A stretch of 45,600 nucleotides of DNA from Patescibacteria group bacterium (lineage in GTDB: Bacteria; Patescibacteriota; Minisyncoccia; Phycocordibacterales; UBA9973): positions 84,373 through 129,972 of the forward strand of contig JBBTYN010000004.1 of the NCBI GenBank assembly GCA_038061755.1. Reading direction: 5' to 3'. Below the pieces are notes generated by a model. That model searched no databases. It worked only from the letters and a program-made list of their open reading frames with translations, and was not told the DNA's origin. Each line of letters begins with the position of its first letter. The first letter of the stretch is position 1. Made by a program: the position numbers and the translations under genes. Positions 36,720 to 45,600 of the stretch are shown piece by piece.

Positions 36720-37097
36720 TTATAATGCAAGTACTGTCGCTGATATCATCTTAGCAATAGCCCACGACCCAAGTAATATTGCTGCGCCAATTAATGTATA
36801 AAGAAGTGCATCTTTAGCTTTTTTTATTTCTTCCGGTTTGCCTTGAGCTTTTACAAAAAGAAAACCGCAATAAATAATAGCAAGCGCCACAACCGGCATA
36901 CCGATTTTAATAACACCTTCTAAAATGGTTTTAATTAAGGCTGGGACATCAGCATAACGATTCCCTAATGGATCATCGAGTTTGCCTGGAGTACTAGGGT
37001 CAGAGTTGGTATTATTAGCATAAAGAATAAAAAAAGGCGTAGTAAATAAATAAAACGCAAAAACTATTTTGTAAAAATTTTTCTTCAGAAAAATCAT
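36720..37097 (-). CDS. VirB2/TrbC-like pilin
   Basis: LDDPL, IIYCGFLFVKAQGKPEEIKKAK...IG. Start 37097 has TATAAT 6 nt upstream. Confidence 0.8.
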   Translation of the reverse strand: MIFLKKNFYKIVFAFYLFTTPFFILYANNTNSDPSTPGKLDDPLGNRYADVPALIKTILEGVIKIGMPVVALAIIYCGFLFVKAQGKPEEIKKAKDALLYTLIGAAILLGSWAIAKMISATVLAL

Positions 37098-37116
37098 AAT
37101 CCTATTATACATCATA

Positions 37117-37743
37117 TTAAAAAGGATTGAAACCAATCCAACTACCACTATAACCTAAAATTGATAATATTGTCCTAATGATTAAAAAAGCAGCCACCGC
37201 AATGATTAGCCCCCAAACTACACTAAAAAAAATACTTTTCGCTCTAGTCCTAGCTCCTGCCGCCTCCCCGCCTGCGGTAAACATAAGAAAACCAGAATAA
37301 GCGAACATTATCGCTGCAATAGGTATAACCATACCATAAAGAATGAATTTTATTACTTTATTTATGAGCGCCATAAAATCATTAAAACCACAACCTTTAT
37401 CACAAGGAACTAAACCTTTTGTAAGGAGTGTTGAAGTAGTAGTGGATGAAGATGTTGAAGTATCTGCGCTATTCGAACCTGAATCTCCTGCTGGGGTTAA
37501 AATATTTGCATTATTTGAACCCTGATCTCCTGCTGGGGCTGGATTGGTTGCACCTGTTTGTTCCCATGACACATATGTGACAAAATCTTCGCACTCATTC
37601 TTTGTTACTGTATAAACTCCATTAGTTGTAGTACAAATTCCTAAAGGATCTGTAGAATTATAATTAAAAGCCAAAGAAAGAGCCGGCATAATAAGTATAA
37701 AAAATATTGAGAGATAAATTATAAATTTTGTGATGTTTTTCAT
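37117..37743 (-). CDS. VirB2/TrbC-like pilin with N-terminal low-complexity extension
   Basis: GLVPC..GC.FNDF, FAYSGFLMFTAGG...RAK...VVWG; internal 14-aa repeat. Confidence 0.8.
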   Translation of the reverse strand: MKNITKFIIYLSIFFILIMPALSLAFNYNSTDPLGICTTTNGVYTVTKNECEDFVTYVSWEQTGATNPAPAGDQGSNNANILTPAGDSGSNSADTSTSSSTTTSTLLTKGLVPCDKGCGFNDFMALINKVIKFILYGMVIPIAAIMFAYSGFLMFTAGGEAAGARTRAKSIFFSVVWGLIIAVAAFLIIRTILSILGYSGSWIGFNPF

Positions 37744-37746
37744 ATT

Positions 37747-39036
37747 TTACTTAAACAATAATAAACTCATCTTAGCACTTGCATCTTTGATCGCATCCGC
37801 CACTGTCATATTATTGGAAATTACTGCATTAATCATTCCACTAAAAATAGCGTCAGTATCTTTCGGTGATGGATCAAGCCAACTCTTCCCATACAATGCT
37901 GAACTGTAAAAAATAGAAGAAAAAGCATCTTGTATTTTAATGCCTAGCAAGTCTCGGCGTGCTGGAGGCACACTTGTCGCCACACTAAACTTTGAAGCAA
38001 AATCCCCTGTTGCCATCAAGCTCGCTGCAAGGAAAGCTGTGCTAATATTTTTGGAAAAAGATGAAATAGCAAGTCCAGTAACCCGAACTCCTGTTAATTT
38101 AAAAGTAGAATTTTTAATTTGAGGCACTCCAGCAACAAAAAAATTTTGATTTGGATTTCTTTTTACTAAGGATTGAAGTTCAGAGGCATATCCAAAATAA
38201 AGAGCTAAATCCTCTCTGGAAAAAGCTTCATCAGAATTTAGAAATGATTTATTCCAAGAATATACAGCATTATTAGGATCTGCAAAATCTGTATAGAATT
38301 TTAAAATTGAAGGAAGGTTAAAATTTCCAATTGATGAATCTAAGGTTGAATTAAAAATTCCATCTTTTTCGTTTATAATAGGGTTGCCAACCTGCATAAA
38401 AAGGGTAGCCAATATGTCTTTAAAATGAATTATATTTGAAGAATATCCGAAGGCTATCGCGCTTTGTGTTATTTTATTTGAATCATCTTTTTTTGTAAGA
38501 GTAGGTGCAACATTTGTCACATCACCCCAATAAGCTGGAGGATAGACTACTCCACTTGCATCAAGGATACTTCTATTGTAATACATCATAAGCGGATCAA
38601 TGGAAATTGGAAAAGCTAAAATTCCTTTGGAAGTTAAAAACACTTCCCCTGCACCGGCAAAATTATTCTTAAATGAGGTTAAAGAATAACTCTCGTATGG
38701 AATAGAAAAAATTTTATCAGTATAATGAAAAACTAAATTATCAGGCAAGAAAAACATATCCGGTCCTGTTCCTGAAGCAGAAGCTTCTAGTAAATCTTGA
38801 TCAAAAGTATCGGTAGATTTCTGCACATAAGTGACAGTAAAAGTAGGATTTGCATTATTAAAATCCTTCATTATAGCAGACATTGTTGCATCTGGTACCG
38901 TCCCCCACAAAACTACTTTACCCAAACTACCAGTACTAGTATTCCCAATTGAAATTACGCCAGAAAAAACTAAAATACCTAAGATAGCTGCAACAATAAA
39001 TATAATTAAAATGATTATTTGAAAATTTCCTTTCAT
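37747..39036 (-). CDS. extracellular solute-binding protein (family 1-like)
   Basis: TM anchor, LWG, GPDMF, PISIDPLMMYYNRSIL, PAYW. Confidence 0.85.
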   Translation of the reverse strand: MKGNFQIIILIIFIVAAILGILVFSGVISIGNTSTGSLGKVVLWGTVPDATMSAIMKDFNNANPTFTVTYVQKSTDTFDQDLLEASASGTGPDMFFLPDNLVFHYTDKIFSIPYESYSLTSFKNNFAGAGEVFLTSKGILAFPISIDPLMMYYNRSILDASGVVYPPAYWGDVTNVAPTLTKKDDSNKITQSAIAFGYSSNIIHFKDILATLFMQVGNPIINEKDGIFNSTLDSSIGNFNLPSILKFYTDFADPNNAVYSWNKSFLNSDEAFSREDLALYFGYASELQSLVKRNPNQNFFVAGVPQIKNSTFKLTGVRVTGLAISSFSKNISTAFLAASLMATGDFASKFSVATSVPPARRDLLGIKIQDAFSSIFYSSALYGKSWLDPSPKDTDAIFSGMINAVISNNMTVADAIKDASAKMSLLLFK

Positions 39037-39097
39037 TGATTTTACAAAATCACGTCGCGCAATTGTCGATTCTGCGGAATCGTGTCGCGTAAGTCCT

Positions 39098-39634
39098 TTA
39101 GGACGCGACCAAGGGCGCGACGCTCTTTATAAGTATCATACCATAATGGTGCTCTCCTACATCAATTTCTCTATCCACAACAAAACCTTTTTTCTTAAAC
39201 ATCTCCAAGGCTTTGTCTTTAGGAATGATAGTATTTCCACTCATAATTGATGATTCGGACCAGTCAATCAACAAAACTCTCCCTTTTAGTTTCAATATTC
39301 TTTTTATTTCTTCAATAAATTTTTCTTTATCTACTACTTGAAAAAGTATGTTTGAAACAATGACGGCATCTACGATGCTATCACCTATTTTTGTACCACC
39401 AATTTTTTCAACATTCCCCCAAAGAATTTCCACATTATTTAAATGGGCATCTTTTGCTTTACTTTTAATGGTCTCTAAAAAATCTTTTTGCAATTCAACC
39501 GCATAAACTTTTCCTCTGGGCACCAACATCCCAGCAGCAATAGAATAATGCCCCGTCCCTGCCCCTAAATCCGCCACAATATTATCTTCTCTTAAGCCAA
39601 ATGCTTTTAAGTTTTTTATTGGGTCAGTGAACAT
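39098..39634 (-). CDS. class I SAM-dependent methyltransferase
   Basis: VADLGAGTG, VYAVE, RILKLKGRVLLIDW. Confidence 0.92.
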   Translation of the reverse strand: MFTDPIKNLKAFGLREDNIVADLGAGTGHYSIAAGMLVPRGKVYAVELQKDFLETIKSKAKDAHLNNVEILWGNVEKIGGTKIGDSIVDAVIVSNILFQVVDKEKFIEEIKRILKLKGRVLLIDWSESSIMSGNTIIPKDKALEMFKKKGFVVDREIDVGEHHYGMILIKSVAPLVAS

Positions 39635-39675
39635 AAGTTAATTATATCCTTTAATTTATAATCTAACAATATCAT

Positions 39676-39696
39676 TGTCAAAGGGCACCTTTGACA
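39676..39696. repeat. REP family B, copy 1
   Basis: TGTCAAAGG-GCA-CCTTTGACA. Confidence 0.9.
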
Positions 39697-39710
39697 TGTA
39701 TAATAAGATC

Positions 39711-40370
39711 ATGAAAAATAGAGATTATAAAAAATCATCTCCAGGAAGTATTCTACATATCTATAATCGTGGCAACAATAAAGAAAAAATATTTCTTTAT
39801 GAACAAGACTATCGAGCTTTTTTATTCCGTCTAGGGCTTTGTTTGGGATTTAACAAAGAAGAACTGGAACAAGAAGAGCTTATGGCTATGCCTTACTCAA
39901 GAATAAGGATAACAAATTCAAACAAAGATAGTTTCAAAATTCACGCATTTGCCTTAATGCCAAATCATTTCCATATATTAATCGAGCAGTTAGAAAATAC
40001 CTCCATAGCAACTTTTATGTTAAAAGTCTGTACTAGCTATGCAAAATATTTAAACAAAAAATACAAAAGAGTTGGTCATGTTTTCCAAGACCAATTCAAG
40101 GCTGTATTGGTAGAAAACAATTCTCAACTAATGTGGTTATCAGCCTATATACATATGAATCCTGTTAAAGACAAAATTGTAACACACCCATCTTTATATA
40201 AATGGTCTAGCTATAACGACTTTATTTTAAATAGAAACCTACCGCTGGTGACCACGGAATTTTTATTATCAGTATTTGCTGGAAAACAAAATTTTGAAAA
40301 AGAAACTTTAAACTTTTTTAAAAAGTCCGATTTGTCAAAGGTGCCCTTTGACACCTCCTTAACTTTTTAA
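39711..40370 (+). mobile_element. REP-associated tyrosine (Y1/HUH) transposase, RAYT 2
   Basis: HIYNRGNNK, LMPNHFHIL, GHVFQDQFKA, YIHMNP, YKWSSY. Start 39711 has TATAAT 6 nt upstream. Confidence 0.9.
40333..40353. repeat. REP family B, copy 2 (inverted, inside the RAYT 3' end)
   Basis: TGTCAAAGG-TGC-CCTTTGACA. Confidence 0.9.
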
Positions 40371-40993
40371 CCCCTTTTAATTTTATAATTTTCTTTAATC
40401 ATCCGTACTATTTCAGGGAATTTGGGCACACGAAAATGGCCGTTTTTACTTCTATAAATTATTATTTTTGCATTGGGTAATTTCACGCGATATTTCTCGG
40501 CGTGAGATACGGGAACAACATTGTCATCCCCAGAAAACATTAATGTAAGATTGGGTGAATTCTTCTGAAGCAGAGATAAATTCTTTTTTAGCTTGAAACC
40601 CCCACCCAAACTCTCCCTTGGAATGGTATTATCAAAAGGAGCACAAACCAGATATGTAGCAAGAATTTTTTTAGGAAACTTATTTTCTGAAAGATATTTC
40701 GCTAAAAAAATCCCGCCAAGAGATTCCCCTATCAAAATTATATTTTTACGCAAATAAGGAAAATGTCTCTCTAAATTAATCTTCCATTCTTCATATTGTG
40801 AATTGTCAGACGAGGGCATGCGTGGATGAATAAGTTGGAATTTTCTGCCGAGTTCTTTATTCAAATATTCTTGTCGCCAATGCAAATCTTTATCTATCGA
40901 GATCTTACGTGTTTTTAAGTATCGTAAATAATCCTTGTGTTTTTTAAACGTACTGCCTCCGTGTATAACGAATATTTGTGGTTTGGATTTCAT
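40367..40993 (-). CDS. alpha/beta hydrolase (RBBP9/YdeN-like)
   Basis: VIHGG, nucleophile GESLGG, DDNVVP, GHF. Start revised to 40993. Confidence 0.88.
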   Translation of the reverse strand: MKSKPQIFVIHGGSTFKKHKDYLRYLKTRKISIDKDLHWRQEYLNKELGRKFQLIHPRMPSSDNSQYEEWKINLERHFPYLRKNIILIGESLGGIFLAKYLSENKFPKKILATYLVCAPFDNTIPRESLGGGFKLKKNLSLLQKNSPNLTLMFSGDDNVVPVSHAEKYRVKLPNAKIIIYRSKNGHFRVPKFPEIVRMIKENYKIKRG

Positions 40994-41001
40994 ATACTGA
41001 T

Positions 41002-41022
41002 TGTCAAAGGTGCCCTTTGACA
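41002..41022. repeat. REP family B, copy 3
   Basis: TGTCAAAGG-TGC-CCTTTGACA, between the gyrA stop and the hydrolase start. Confidence 0.9.
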
Positions 41023-41031
41023 AGTGAAAAC

Positions 41032-43494
41032 CTATATACAAGCCAAAGATGCAATTCCGTCTCCCTGACGCAGACGCATTATGGTCACACCTTGAGTCTG
41101 ACGACCAAGAGATGAAATATCTTTTAATGCTGTACGAATTACTTGCCCCTTCTTAGACATCGCAATCAATTCCTGTTCTTCCCCGGTTAATACTTTAGCC
41201 ACAATGAGCTTGCCCGTCTTGGTTGTTACTTTTGCTGTCTTTACACCTGAGCCACCACGCTTTTGAACTTTATATTCTTTCAAGCTAGTCTTTTTTCCAA
41301 AGCCATTTGCACTCATTGTTAAAAAGGCACTTTTTTCGGTATTTTTCTTTACAACATCAACTCCAATAACTTCATCATTTTTACTGAGCCTGATACCACT
41401 TACCCCTCCAGCTGTTCTACCCATTTCGCGAACATCAGATTCTTTAAATCTAATAGATTGACCTGCGGCTGTCGCAATCATAACTTCATCGCCTTTTTCT
41501 GTCATTAACGCAGAGATAAGCTGATCATCTTTATCAAGCCGAATGGCAATGATTCCGCTTCTGCGCACATCTTTGAAACTTTCCGAAGACATTTTTTTTG
41601 CTGTGCCACGCCTTGTTACCAACATTAATGAAGTCCCTGTTTTACCATTATCTTTTGGCATCGCCAAAATTGAATTAACTTTTTCCTCACCAGAAAGTGA
41701 AAGAAAATTCATTATTGATTTACCTTTGGTCGCACGACGTCCTTCTGGAATCTCATACATTTTCATTTGATAAACCTTCCCAAGATTTGTAAAGAAAAGT
41801 AAATTACTATGAGTAGAACCAGAAACAAGCATTGTCACAAAATCTTCTTCTTTAGTTTCAAGATCAACTACTCCCACTCCTCCTCTTTTTTGGGCATGAT
41901 ATTCAGAGGGGTCTGTACATTTTACATAACCACCAGCAGTAAGCACAAGCATCGTCTCTTTTTCTGGAACTAAATCCTCATCAGAAATTTCTTTCACTCC
42001 GCCTTTCACTATTTTTGTTCGGCGCTCATCTACATATTTTTCTCGAACTTCTTTCAATTCTAGCGCAATTATTTTCTGTATTTTTTTAGGACTTGATAAT
42101 AAATCTTTCATTTCTGCAATAAATTTTTGTTTTTCGATTAACTCATCTTCTACAGATTTTCTCTCAAGTCCTGCGAGCTTTGCTAATTTCATTTCCAAAA
42201 TCGCCGTGGCTTGCAAATCTGAAAACTTGAATTCTTTCATTAAGTTCAGCTTAGCAATTTGAGAATTCTTTGAAGCACGGATAACAGTAATAACACGATC
42301 TATTTTATCCAATGCCTTTTTTAAACCGAGCAATATATGTTCACGTTCTTGCGCTCTTCTTAAATCATACGCTGACCTGCGCTTCACAACTTCTTTTCTG
42401 TGTTCAATAAAAAGAGAGAGTATTGATTTAAGCGACAATGTCTGAGGGACGCCATCCACCAGTGCAACCATATTAAAATTAAAATTTGATTCAAGTTGAG
42501 TATTTTTATAAATATAATTTAAAACTTTTTCCGGATGAGCACTGCTTTTTAAGTCAATAACAATTCTGATATCTTTAGTGGATTCATCGCGAAGTCCTTT
42601 GATTCCTTCCAGCTTTTTTCCTTGAACTAACTCTGCGATACTTACTATTAAATTAGATTTATTTACTCGAAAAGGAATTGACGTAATGATAATAGAAAAG
42701 TTGCCATCTTTTTGCTCCACTATCTCTGCTTCACCTCTACATACAACCCCACCTCGTCCTGATCCATATGCATGAAGCATGTCTTTGTACCCATAAGCAA
42801 TTCCACCAGTCGGAAAATCCGGCCCTTTTATAAATTGCATTAAATCTTCTATTGTTGCATCACTATTTTCAATTAAATAAATAGTTGCGTCCAACACTTC
42901 TGCTAAATTATGAGAAGGAATGTTCGTCGCCATGCCTACGGCAATACCTAAGGTGCCATTTAAAAGCAAAGCTGGAACATTTGAGGGAAACACTATTGGT
43001 TCCTTGCGAGTTTGGTCATAGTTTGGACGAAAATCAACTGTCTCTTTTTCTAAATCACGCAAAAGTTCTCCTGAGATTTTAGACATTTTTGCTTCGGTAT
43101 AACGCATCGCAGCAGCATTGTCTCCGTCAATAGAACCAAAATTTCCCTGTCCTAAAACAAGAGGGTAACGATAAGAAAATTCCTGTGCCATTCCAACCAT
43201 AGAATCATAAACAGCCGTATCCCCGTGTGGATGATATTTTCCAAGCACATCTCCCACAATGGCTGCAGATTTTCGGAAACGTGCAGAAGAAGTGAGTCCC
43301 ATTTCGTTCATCGCAAATAAAATCCTGCGATGAACAGGTTTTAATCCATCTCTAACATCCGGCAAGGCGCGAGAAGTAATAACAGACATTGCATAAGCAA
43401 GATAAGATTCTTTCATTTCTACCACGACATCAACTGGTAGAATTGTATCTGTTCTTATTTCTCCATTTATTTCTGGTGTAGACTTTTTTGCCAT
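41032..43494 (-). CDS. gyrA: DNA gyrase subunit A
   Basis: [23 protein letters not shown], GyrA-box QKRGGVG, beta-pinwheel repeats. Confidence 0.98.
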   Translation of the reverse strand: MAKKSTPEINGEIRTDTILPVDVVVEMKESYLAYAMSVITSRALPDVRDGLKPVHRRILFAMNEMGLTSSARFRKSAAIVGDVLGKYHPHGDTAVYDSMVGMAQEFSYRYPLVLGQGNFGSIDGDNAAAMRYTEAKMSKISGELLRDLEKETVDFRPNYDQTRKEPIVFPSNVPALLLNGTLGIAVGMATNIPSHNLAEVLDATIYLIENSDATIEDLMQFIKGPDFPTGGIAYGYKDMLHAYGSGRGGVVCRGEAEIVEQKDGNFSIIITSIPFRVNKSNLIVSIAELVQGKKLEGIKGLRDESTKDIRIVIDLKSSAHPEKVLNYIYKNTQLESNFNFNMVALVDGVPQTLSLKSILSLFIEHRKEVVKRRSAYDLRRAQEREHILLGLKKALDKIDRVITVIRASKNSQIAKLNLMKEFKFSDLQATAILEMKLAKLAGLERKSVEDELIEKQKFIAEMKDLLSSPKKIQKIIALELKEVREKYVDERRTKIVKGGVKEISDEDLVPEKETMLVLTAGGYVKCTDPSEYHAQKRGGVGVVDLETKEEDFVTMLVSGSTHSNLLFFTNLGKVYQMKMYEIPEGRRATKGKSIMNFLSLSGEEKVNSILAMPKDNGKTGTSLMLVTRRGTAKKMSSESFKDVRRSGIIAIRLDKDDQLISALMTEKGDEVMIATAAGQSIRFKESDVREMGRTAGGVSGIRLSKNDEVIGVDVVKKNTEKSAFLTMSANGFGKKTSLKEYKVQKRGGSGVKTAKVTTKTGKLIVAKVLTGEEQELIAMSKKGQVIRTALKDISSLGRQTQGVTIMRLRQGDGIASLACI

Positions 43495-43498
43495 AAAA

Positions 43499-43714
43499 TT
43501 ATTGTATTTGTTGTTTTATGTTATCTTTTAGTATAAAAAATGGTTTTAAATCTTGGCTTATTTTTAATTGTGTATTTGTATTTGTCAAAGTTGTTCCTAA
43601 TAAATAAATCCAAAATAAAAATAAAACAACAGCACAGATAATTATGGTAATGTGTAAAATATGTCTCTTAATATGCTCAGGTTGTTTTCTAATATGGTGA
43701 ATTATTTTTTTCAT
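43499..43714 (-). CDS. small single-TM hypothetical protein
   Basis: [12 protein letters not shown] followed by a TM helix; tightly packed in the operon. Confidence 0.7.
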   Translation of the reverse strand: MKKIIHHIRKQPEHIKRHILHITIIICAVVLFLFWIYLLGTTLTNTNTQLKISQDLKPFFILKDNIKQQIQ

Positions 43715-43718
43715 AATT

Positions 43719-44357
43719 TTATACTGGTTGCAAAACTATTACTTCTCCTTCTTTATTATCTAAATCTTTTTTCTTCAAGGTTAATTTATCCACTATTTCT
43801 GCTTTTTCTTCTCCTATTTCTTTCAAAAACACTTTTAATGTATTCTCATCATAATCCATTGGAATTATTAATTTCGGCTCAAGAGAAGATGCGAGCTTAG
43901 CTGCTATTTTTGCATCTAGCAAGTCTGCTTCTTTACCTTTTCCGCCTATTGGAATAAAAAGAATATCTGGATTATTTAGTACTTCACGTGATTCTTTAGA
44001 TAACTCTCCTTCAGACAATGCTCCTAAAAATAAAATATCAATATTATCAACTGCCAAAGAAAAAATAGTATTAATATATTTTTTACCTGCAATTAATGAG
44101 TGCGATAAAAGTCCTTTAGTAAAAATTTCTTTTATTTCATAATCTCCTGGTCCATTGATAACAAAAGGTGCTCTCTCGCCGTGACTTAGTTGTTCTATAC
44201 CATTATAGTCAGGATGATTTGTGGTCACCAAAGCAATATCTGCACCAAAATGAGCAGAAATATTAATTTTAGAATTCTTACTAACAGGATTAAAAGCAAG
44301 AACCATCTCTCCTTGCTGTATTTTGAAAAATTGTTTACCGAAATATGTAATTATCAT
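43719..44357 (-). CDS. metallo-beta-lactamase-fold protein (degenerate)
   Basis: ADIALVT, GPGDYEI, DILFIPIGG, EPKLIIPM. Confidence 0.8.
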   Translation of the reverse strand: MIITYFGKQFFKIQQGEMVLAFNPVSKNSKINISAHFGADIALVTTNHPDYNGIEQLSHGERAPFVINGPGDYEIKEIFTKGLLSHSLIAGKKYINTIFSLAVDNIDILFLGALSEGELSKESREVLNNPDILFIPIGGKGKEADLLDAKIAAKLASSLEPKLIIPMDYDENTLKVFLKEIGEEKAEIVDKLTLKKKDLDNKEGEVIVLQPV

Positions 44358-44360
44358 TAC

Positions 44361-44512
44361 TTGCATTCTAACATAATTTTTGCTAGAATAAAAGTATTAA
44401 AAGATGGATTTAGGGTAACCCTATTGAGTGCTTGCCCCGCCGAACTAGGCGGGGTGAACAACCTCTTTAGAACCTAAACCTTATATCCGCTTTATGCGGA
44501 TTTTTTAATTAT
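44361..44512 (+). promoter_or_regulatory. promoter and structured 5' leader of the S1 gene
   Basis: TTGCAT-17-(TGc)TAGAAT; hairpins TAGGGT-A-ACCCTA, GCCCCGCC-gaacta-GGCGGGGT and ATCCGC-tttat-GCGGAT plus a T-tract. Confidence 0.6.
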
Positions 44513-45589
44513 ATGGAGAACGAAGAAATAAAAGAAAATTTAGTGTTAAGCTCTGTTGTAAACCGGAGCGCAAATAAACCAGAAATTGATTCTCTGGTAG
44601 AAGGTCCTGTAATTTTAATAGAAAAATCTTCTGTATATGTGGACTTAGCGCCTTTTGGTATAGGTATTATTTATGGCCGAGAATTCATTAATGCAAAAGA
44701 TGTTATAAATAAAATCAATCTAGGAGATATCATTAAAGCAAAAATTGTTGAAACAGAAAATGAAAATGGTTATACAGAACTTTCCCTTAAGGAAGCTAGA
44801 CAAGCTCTCGCTTGGAGTGAAGCTGAGAAAGCCATCAAGACAAAAACAATTTTAAATCTAGAAGTAAAAGACGCAAACAAAGGAGGTCTCATTTTGGAAT
44901 GGCAAGGCATACAAGGTTTTCTTCCTGCTTCACAACTAAAAGCAGATCATTATCCTCGGGTATTAGATTCAGACAAAGATAAGATATTAAAAGAATTAAA
45001 AAAACTTATTGGGGAACATATCTCTGTAATGATTATTTCTACTCTTCAAAAAGAAGGAAAATTAATCTTTTCTGAAAAAGACAATAACCCTGAAGAGAAA
45101 AAGGAAATTTTAAGCAAATATAATGTCGGGGACAATTTGGATTGCACTGTTGCGGGAATAGTTGATTTCGGCATATTCTTAAAATTAGAAGATGGATTAG
45201 AAGGACTCGTTCATATTTCTGAACTTGATTGGGGATTAGTGGAAGATCCACGAAATATTTTCAAAGTTGGAGAAAAGGTTAAAGCTAAGGTAATTGAAAT
45301 AAAAGACGGCAAAATCTCTCTTTCCATAAAAGCGCTCAAGGAAAATCCGTGGAAAGAATTTGAAGGAAAATTAAAAAAGGGAGATATCATCAAAGGGGTG
45401 GTCATTAAATACAACAAACATGGTGCGTTAGTCTCTATAAAAGAGGGTGTAGCCGGACTAGTGCACAATTCCACTTTCCCGTCAGAAACCAAACTTCGCG
45501 AAAAATTAGAACTCGGAAAGAATTATAATTTCCAAATCACATTGTTTGAACCTAAAGATCAAAAAATGACTTTGATTCATTTAGAATAG
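44513..45589 (+). CDS. rpsA: 30S ribosomal protein S1 (four S1 domains)
   Basis: ANKGGL...GFLPASQL, DFGIF...EGLVHISELDW, ISLSIK...NPW. Confidence 0.9.
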   Translation: MENEEIKENLVLSSVVNRSANKPEIDSLVEGPVILIEKSSVYVDLAPFGIGIIYGREFINAKDVINKINLGDIIKAKIVETENENGYTELSLKEARQALAWSEAEKAIKTKTILNLEVKDANKGGLILEWQGIQGFLPASQLKADHYPRVLDSDKDKILKELKKLIGEHISVMIISTLQKEGKLIFSEKDNNPEEKKEILSKYNVGDNLDCTVAGIVDFGIFLKLEDGLEGLVHISELDWGLVEDPRNIFKVGEKVKAKVIEIKDGKISLSIKALKENPWKEFEGKLKKGDIIKGVVIKYNKHGALVSIKEGVAGLVHNSTFPSETKLREKLELGKNYNFQITLFEPKDQKMTLIHLE

Positions 45590-45600
45590 AAAATTAATAG

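Noticed and set aside
39675-41041. ORF-track starts at 39675 and 41041 giving a shared SKGTFD peptide
   Set aside because: The shared peptide is the translated REP B palindrome; better starts are 39711 and 40993.
1323-45492. Numerous antisense or nested ORFs in the track (e.g. 2091..2516, 28816..29235, 30193..31281, 33519..34180)
   Set aside because: They are shadows of well-supported genes on the opposite strand or frame, with no motifs.

Overview
AT-rich bacterial chromosomal segment, genetic code 11. The gene content suggests a Patescibacteria/CPR (Parcubacteria-like) genome: short IF-2, short AlaRS, VirD4/TraD-like ATPases, a VirB2-like pilin array, RAYT transposases and few Shine-Dalgarno sites. 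This assignment is inferred, not measured. Most of the window is housekeeping: dnaK, grpE, the infA-rpmJ-rpsMKD-rpoA-rplQ-rplM-rpsI block, alaS, mnmA, mltG, typA, clpB, a cysteine desulfurase, infB, rbfA, gyrA, S1 and five tRNAs. Five things stand out. (1) A toxin-like islet behind dnaK holds a ClpP-like protease, a HEPN (RxxxxH) gene hidden by a -1 shift at an A8 run, a Cys-rich microprotein coupled to an orphan MazF, and a convergent ~55-nt promoter-hairpin-terminator RNA. (2) Two RAYT/Y1 transposases are each bracketed by their own odd-centred palindrome family, one set also enclosing a hydrolase gene, and further palindromes sit in frame inside core proteins. (3) A LAGLIDADG gene reads into tRNA-Leu, and an interrupted tRNA-Cys 5' half lies beside the intact gene. 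(4) At least 16 genes have a -10 box exactly 6 nt before the ATG, implying widespread leaderless mRNA, while two accessory cassettes carry strong SD sites. (5) Several enzymes look catalytically dead, and ClpB carries an IGF loop. All calls come from reading the sequence by eye; no searches were run.
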